A stretch of DNA of 30,939 bases from IMG/VR virus record IMGVR_UViG_3300032225_000617, positions 1-30,939 of that record; one strand, written 5' to 3'. This DNA comes from a virus (Duplodnaviria > Caudoviricetes). The notes under the pieces are model-generated. The model was not told the DNA's origin and searched no databases. It worked only from the letters and a program-made list of their open reading frames with translations. Made by a program: the position numbers and the translations under genes. This document shows positions 25,977 to 30,939 of this stretch, one piece after another. Each line of letters starts with the position of its first letter. The stretch's first letter is position 1.

Positions 25977-27737
25977 ATGTCATATAAAAAGCGTTTTCAA
26001 GCCCCAAATTTAACCGGTTCAGTCAGTCCTATCTCAGGTGCAAACAGCAATCGTGGTGCATGGAATAGCCAAGTAGGACCATCAGGTGGCTACAATAATA
26101 CAGACTTTGGTTATAAGAACTATCAAAGTCGTTTACCAGAAGTATATACTGGTCATCCAAATCGTGTAGAACGATATAATCAATATGAAATGATGGATGT
26201 AGATGCTGAAATCAATGCATGTTTAGATATTATTGCTGAGTTCAGCACACAGAAAAACGAACAGAATAACACACCTTTTGAGATAGAATTCTCAGAAGAT
26301 CCAACTCCACATGAAGTTGAATTGATTAAAAAGCAATTACAACAATGGTGTAAACTCAATGAGTTTGATACAAGAACATTTAAAATATTCCGTAATACTA
26401 TCAAATACGGGGATCAGGTTTTTGTTCGTGACCCAGAAAACTTTAAGTTATACTGGGTTGATATGACCAAAGTAACTAAAGTAATTGTTAACGAAAGTGA
26501 AGGTAAGGCACCAGAACAGTATGTTATCAAAGACATTAATGTTAATTTACAAAATCTAAGCATCGCTGAAAAGACTACAACAGACTTTATGACACCACAA
26601 GGTCCTGGTGGATATCAAGGTACTTCAAACTACAGCGTACCAAACGGTGGTAGCGGTAATAGTGGTAGTCGTTTTACATTGGGTATGAATGAAGCAGCCA
26701 TTGATGCTAAACACGTAGTTCATTTGAGTTTAACAGAGGGTCTAGACCGTTATTGGCCTTTTGGACAAAGTATCTTAGAAAACATTTTTAAAGTATACAA
26801 GCAAAAAGAATTGCTTGAGGATGCTATTCTTATCTATCGTGTGCAACGTGCACCAGAGCGTAGAGTGTTTAAGATTGACGTTGGTAACATGCCAAGTCAC
26901 ATGGCTATGGCATTTGTTGACCGTATTAAAAATGAAATTCATCAAAGACGTATTCCTAGTGTACACGGTGGTTCCAGTATAATGGATGCAACATATAATC
27001 CGTTATCTATGAATGAAGATTACTTTTTCCCAGTCACCGCAGACGGTCGTGGTAGTGATGTCACTACATTGCCCGGTGGTGATAACTTAGGTCAAATTGA
27101 TGACTTGCGTTACTTCAATAACAGATTAGCACGTGGTTTGCGGGTTCCAAGTTCATATTTACCACAAGGTCCAGAAGATAGTCCTACTCCATTAGCAGAT
27201 GGTAGAGTTGGAACTGCTATGATACAAGAGTTTCGTTTCAATCAATACTGTGAACGACTACAAAAGTACATCAGTCAAAAGTTAAATGATGAATTCAAAT
27301 TATTCATGCGTTGGAGAGGATTCAACATTGACTCAGGTCTATTTGATATCAAGTTTAATGCTCCGCAAAACTTTGCCGCTTATCGTCAAAGTGAGTTAGA
27401 CACAACACGTGTAACAGTGTTTCAAACAATGGAAGCATTCCCTTATATTAGTAAACGATTTGCTATGACACGATTCTTGGGACTGACTGAGGAAGAAATT
27501 GAAGAAAATCAACGTCTATGGTTTGAAGAACGTGAAGCTCCTGAAGATAACGAAGCTAAAGGTAGTGATCTACGTAGTATCGGTATTAGTACAGGTGACT
27601 TAGAAGCTGATACAGATGTTATGGATGAGATTCCAGATGAAAATCAAGAAATGCCAGTAGACAATATGGCTGGTGGACCGGCAGTAGCCGCTCCTGCAGG
27701 TTTAGGTAACGCCGCAGCACCTCCCCCGCCAGTATAA
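25977..27737 (+). CDS. gp20: Portal vertex protein
   Basis: LLEDAILIYRVQRAPERRVFKIDVGNMP, MNEDYFFP...GRGSDVTTLPGGDNLGQIDDLRYF...L..GLRVPSSYL are T4 gp20 hallmark motifs. Confidence 0.96.
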   Translation: MSYKKRFQAPNLTGSVSPISGANSNRGAWNSQVGPSGGYNNTDFGYKNYQSRLPEVYTGHPNRVERYNQYEMMDVDAEINACLDIIAEFSTQKNEQNNTPFEIEFSEDPTPHEVELIKKQLQQWCKLNEFDTRTFKIFRNTIKYGDQVFVRDPENFKLYWVDMTKVTKVIVNESEGKAPEQYVIKDINVNLQNLSIAEKTTTDFMTPQGPGGYQGTSNYSVPNGGSGNSGSRFTLGMNEAAIDAKHVVHLSLTEGLDRYWPFGQSILENIFKVYKQKELLEDAILIYRVQRAPERRVFKIDVGNMPSHMAMAFVDRIKNEIHQRRIPSVHGGSSIMDATYNPLSMNEDYFFPVTADGRGSDVTTLPGGDNLGQIDDLRYFNNRLARGLRVPSSYLPQGPEDSPTPLADGRVGTAMIQEFRFNQYCERLQKYISQKLNDEFKLFMRWRGFNIDSGLFDIKFNAPQNFAAYRQSELDTTRVTVFQTMEAFPYISKRFAMTRFLGLTEEEIEENQRLWFEEREAPEDNEAKGSDLRSIGISTGDLEADTDVMDEIPDENQEMPVDNMAGGPAVAAPAGLGNAAAPPPPV

Positions 27738-27740
27738 AAA

Positions 27741-27748
27741 GATAAATA
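27741..27748 (+). promoter_or_regulatory. Candidate late promoter (GATAAATA)
   Basis: Lies in the 16-nt spacer after the portal gene, 5 nt before the ATG at 27754. Confidence 0.65.
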
Positions 27749-27753
27749 TTAAC

Positions 27754-27981
27754 ATGAGATTAATGGAAATGTTTGACGCACCCGTGCAAGGGTATCAGGA
27801 TGTTGAGAAAGACGACAGCAAACCTAAGTGGAAACAAACTCGTAAAAGCAAATTAACACTACGTCAAATTCGTAAATTACGCAAAATGAATGATGTACGT
27901 AACTATGAACAATCTCAAAATTTAAAGAAAATTCGTAAACAATATCAACCGGCACCAGCAGAAGGTGCTCCGGCAATGTAA
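27754..27981 (+). CDS. Small basic head-module protein (hypothetical)
   Basis: 75 aa and Lys/Arg rich (TRKSKLTLRQIRKLRKM). It is flanked by its own promoter motif and a terminator. Confidence 0.75.
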   Translation: MRLMEMFDAPVQGYQDVEKDDSKPKWKQTRKSKLTLRQIRKLRKMNDVRNYEQSQNLKKIRKQYQPAPAEGAPAM

Positions 27982-28009
27982 TAGTATCACACACAAGTAC
28001 TAAAAACGC

Positions 28010-28041
28010 AAAAAATAGCACTTTATTGTGCTATTTTTTTT
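28010..28041 (+). terminator. Intrinsic terminator, potentially bidirectional
   Basis: AAAAAATAGCAC-tttatt-GTGCTATTTTTTTT: a hairpin with a T run downstream and an A run upstream. Confidence 0.8.
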
Positions 28042-28048
28042 GATATGC

Positions 28049-28056
28049 ACTAAGTA
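28049..28056 (+). promoter_or_regulatory. Candidate late promoter (ACTAAGTA)
   Basis: Immediately after the terminator and upstream of the AGGAG SD of the gene at 28090. Confidence 0.5.
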
Positions 28057-28089
28057 TATAACAAGCCATTAATCTATAGGAGACCAACA

Positions 28090-28962
28090 ATGGATAATAG
28101 AAAATTTGAACAACTTATTGATTTGATTATCAATGAGAACGAAGAACAAGCTAAAGCATTGTTCCATGATATCGTAGTTGAAAAAAGCCGCGAAATCTAT
28201 GAAACAATGATGGAAGCCGAAGAATTAGAAGAATCTGAAGATGATTCAGATGAAGATAAAAAAGATAAAAAAGACAAAGAACCAGTTGACGAAGGCATGG
28301 AAGGTCACATGGATGATCGCATGGATGAAGTTGGCGGATTGCTAGACGAAATCGATCTTGAAGAACGAGGCATGACGGAAGAAGAAGATGAGTTTGCTGA
28401 TATTGATGTTGATGCAGAAGATGACGGCGAAGCTCCAGAAGGTGATTTAGAAGACCGCGTAGTTGAACTAGAAGATAAACTAGACGAACTAATGGCCGAG
28501 TTTGAAGAACTAATGGCCGGTGAAGAAGGCGAAGACCATGAGTTTGGTGGTGACGAAGAAGGCTCTGAAGAAGGCAATCCATTTGGTGGAGATGACGAAG
28601 GCTCTGATGATGAAGATCCTATGATGGAATCCACAAATCTAATCGCTGTTAAAAACCCAGTTCACGGCGACAATGGGGCACAAATTAGAAGTACAGTAAG
28701 TAGTGGACCAAAAGTTCCAGGTAACGGTGCAAAAGCTGTTAACTTCTCAGGTGAAAGCACTAAGGGCGGCACACAAGGTGGACTATTGAACCCAGCTACT
28801 AAAGATGTTAAGGGTGCAGGATCATTTAAAAATGCTCCAGGCAAAAACAACTTTGCTGAAAAAGGTGAAGCCGCTCCAAAACCAACACACGGTGACAACG
28901 GTGTAAACAAAACGTCTATTGTTGGTGAGTCTAAAAAGACTGTTAAGAAAATTGTTAAGTAA
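28090..28962 (+). CDS. Highly acidic prohead core-like protein (gp67-like by position)
   Basis: AGGAG SD. The N-terminal two thirds are Asp/Glu rich and the tail is Gly/Lys rich. It lies between the portal and protease genes. Confidence 0.7.
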   Translation: MDNRKFEQLIDLIINENEEQAKALFHDIVVEKSREIYETMMEAEELEESEDDSDEDKKDKKDKEPVDEGMEGHMDDRMDEVGGLLDEIDLEERGMTEEEDEFADIDVDAEDDGEAPEGDLEDRVVELEDKLDELMAEFEELMAGEEGEDHEFGGDEEGSEEGNPFGGDDEGSDDEDPMMESTNLIAVKNPVHGDNGAQIRSTVSSGPKVPGNGAKAVNFSGESTKGGTQGGLLNPATKDVKGAGSFKNAPGKNNFAEKGEAAPKPTHGDNGVNKTSIVGESKKTVKKIVK

Positions 28963-28976
28963 GAATACCTAAGATA

Positions 28977-29621
28977 ATGGCTTTGTATCTTAAAGAACAC
29001 CTAACTTTTGACCGTGCTAGCATGGTTGTAGAAAGTTCCGGTGAAGGTAGTTTGAAGTCTCTTTATATGAAAGGGATCTTCATTCAGGGTGGGGTACGCA
29101 ACGCTAATGAGCGTGTATACCCCGTGTCTGAAATTGAAACTGCTGTAGAAACTTTGAACAAACAAATTACTGAAGGGTATTCAGTACTAGGTGAAGTAGA
29201 TCACCCAGACGATTTGAAAATCAATTTAGACCGTGTATCACATATGATTAGTTCTATGTGGATGGATGGCGCAAATGGATTTGGCAAATTAAAGATTCTA
29301 CCAACTCCAATGGGACAGTTAGTGTCTACAATGTTGGAGAGTGGTGTTAAACTAGGCGTAAGTAGCAGAGGTAGCGGCAACGTTAATGATGCTAATGGCC
29401 ATGTTAGTGACTTTGAAATAGTCACTGTCGATATTGTCGCACAACCAAGCGCACCAAATGCGTATCCCAAAGCAATTTATGAAGGCATGATGAACATGAA
29501 GCATGGACATAAAATGTTAGGTATGGCACAGGACGCCCAGAGTGACAAAAAAGTACAGAGATACCTGAAAGATGAAGTGGTTCGTCTTATCAAGGATCTC
29601 AAAATCAATAAAGGGGAATAA
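28977..29621 (+). CDS. gp21: Prohead protease
   Basis: GIFIQGGVRNANERVYP, LGEVDHP, INLDRVSH, TPMG, LGVSSRGSG and DIVAQPSAPNAY are gp21 family motifs. Confidence 0.95.
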   Translation: MALYLKEHLTFDRASMVVESSGEGSLKSLYMKGIFIQGGVRNANERVYPVSEIETAVETLNKQITEGYSVLGEVDHPDDLKINLDRVSHMISSMWMDGANGFGKLKILPTPMGQLVSTMLESGVKLGVSSRGSGNVNDANGHVSDFEIVTVDIVAQPSAPNAYPKAIYEGMMNMKHGHKMLGMAQDAQSDKKVQRYLKDEVVRLIKDLKINKGE

Positions 29622-29623
29622 GC

Positions 29624-30724
29624 ATGTTCGATGCTATCAAACCATTACTTGAAAATGGAATCATCAACGAAGAAACCAGCATCGCTATAAACGAAGCATG
29701 GGAATCTAAATTGAACGAAGCCAAAGAGCAAGTACGTGCCGAGTTAAGAGAAGAATTCGCACAACGTTATGAACACGATAAAAACGTAATGGTCGAAGCC
29801 CTAGATAAAATGGTTACAGATGGTCTATCAGAAGAAATTGAAGAATTTCAACTAGAAAGACAAGCAATGAACGAAGACCGTGTTAACGCAAAACGCAAGC
29901 TACATGAAAATGCAGCCAAGTTCAATAATTTTATGGTAACTAAGTTATCAGAAGAAATCAAAGAACTACGCAGTGAGCGTAAACTACAAATGGAAAGTCA
30001 GCAAAAGCTAGAACAGTTTATCGTTCATGCACTTGCACGTGAAATTAAAGAATTCGCACAAGACAAACAAGCAGTAGTTGAAGCAAAGGTTAAGTTAGTT
30101 GCAGAAGGTCGTAAACAACTTGAAGCATTGAAGGCGAAATTCGTCACAGAAAGTGCTAAGAGAATGAACGAATCTGTAAGCAAGCATCTAAAGGGTGAAA
30201 TGAGCCAATTGAAAGAAGATATTAAGACCGCACGTGAAAACGATTTTGGTCGTAAGATTTTTGAATCTTTCGCAAGTGAATTCAGCACAACCTATCTACA
30301 AGAAAAAGCTGAGACACGTAAGTTGTACAATCAACTAATGCAAAAAGATGAACAATTAGCTGAATCCATTAAAACACTCACCAACGCTAAAAAGTTGATT
30401 GAGTCAAAAGAACGTGAAGTTCGTATTATTAAAGAATCTACAAGTCGTCAAAAAACTTTAGATGAATTGCTATCACCTCTAAATCAGGAAAAAGCAACTA
30501 TAATGCGTGATTTACTAGAAAGCGTCCAGACACCTCGTCTACAGGCCGCATTCGAAAAGTATCTACCAGCAGTTTTGAATAATATCAATGAAAGAAAAGA
30601 AACTAAAAAGTCTATGCTTTCAGAAGGTGTTAAAGAAGTTACTGGTAATAAATCTGCCATAAAACATGTCGAAGTTGAACCACGTGATAACGTGATTGAC
30701 CTAAGACGTTTGGCGGGGATTTAA
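29624..30724 (+). CDS. gp22: Prohead core scaffolding protein
   Basis: Coiled-coil, Glu/Lys-rich protein between the protease and major capsid genes. Confidence 0.8.
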   Translation: MFDAIKPLLENGIINEETSIAINEAWESKLNEAKEQVRAELREEFAQRYEHDKNVMVEALDKMVTDGLSEEIEEFQLERQAMNEDRVNAKRKLHENAAKFNNFMVTKLSEEIKELRSERKLQMESQQKLEQFIVHALAREIKEFAQDKQAVVEAKVKLVAEGRKQLEALKAKFVTESAKRMNESVSKHLKGEMSQLKEDIKTARENDFGRKIFESFASEFSTTYLQEKAETRKLYNQLMQKDEQLAESIKTLTNAKKLIESKEREVRIIKESTSRQKTLDELLSPLNQEKATIMRDLLESVQTPRLQAAFEKYLPAVLNNINERKETKKSMLSEGVKEVTGNKSAIKHVEVEPRDNVIDLRRLAGI

Positions 30725-30755
30725 ATAAAAGACATAAATTTAGGAGAATATAAAA

Positions 30756-30939
30756 ATGTCACAAGTTCTATTAGAAGGTCGTTGGGATGAGACTAAAGAA
30801 GCCCTACTTGAAGGTCTTAAAGGTAATCGCCGCTCAACAATGCAAGTTATTTTAGAAAATACTCGCAAATCACTATTGTCAGAATCAGCATCTGGCACAA
30901 CAATGGCAGGTAACGTTGCTACATTAAACCGTGTGATTC
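30756..30939 (+). CDS. gp23: Major capsid protein (N-terminal part, runs off window)
   Basis: Not in the ORF track. AGGAG SD, then ATG at 30756: MSQVLLEGRWDETKEALLEGLKGNRRSTMQVILENTRKSLLSESASGTTMAGNVATLNRVI, resembling the gp23 propeptide (W...LLEG ... ILEN). Confidence 0.88.
   Translation, partial: MSQVLLEGRWDETKEALLEGLKGNRRSTMQVILENTRKSLLSESASGTTMAGNVATLNRVI

Noticed and set aside
28151-29470. Several - strand ORFs over the head genes
   Set aside because: Antisense shadows caused by GAA/GAT-rich codons; the Ser-rich translation is an artefact.
1-30939. Stop-codon reassignment, since no called gene ends in TAG
   Set aside because: All tracked genes are full length under the standard code with no in-frame TAG/TGA breaks. 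TAG avoidance alone is expected in AT-rich phages.
25977-30939. Introns, inteins or homing endonucleases in the portal, protease or capsid genes
   Set aside because: Reading frames are continuous and of expected size, and I saw no HNH, GIY-YIG, LAGLIDADG or intein terminal motifs.

Overview
This window is an AT-rich segment of a large, T4-distantly-related myophage genome (uncultured-type, divergent from T4) read in the standard genetic code. The left arm (- strand) is a baseplate module: a very large wedge protein (partial), gp6, gp25, a gp5-like spike, a hub protein, gp53 and a tube-initiator-like protein. A + strand block follows: late sigma factor gp55, gp47, an inserted 2OG-Fe(II)-like gene, gp46 and a PD-(D/E)XK resolvase-like nuclease. 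Next come a ~480 nt non-coding, densely self-complementary element and a - strand gp26/gp51-like pair linked by a candidate -1 frameshift. The right arm (+ strand) encodes a tape-measure-like protein with an M15 peptidase motif and the head module (portal gp20, core proteins, protease gp21, scaffold gp22, start of major capsid gp23). The main candidates for new biology are the pseudoknotted non-coding element at 21587-22031 abutting the nuclease gene, the gp26-gp51 frameshift, and matched duplications in both arms of the gp46 coiled coil. All product calls come from recognised motifs and synteny; no searches were run.
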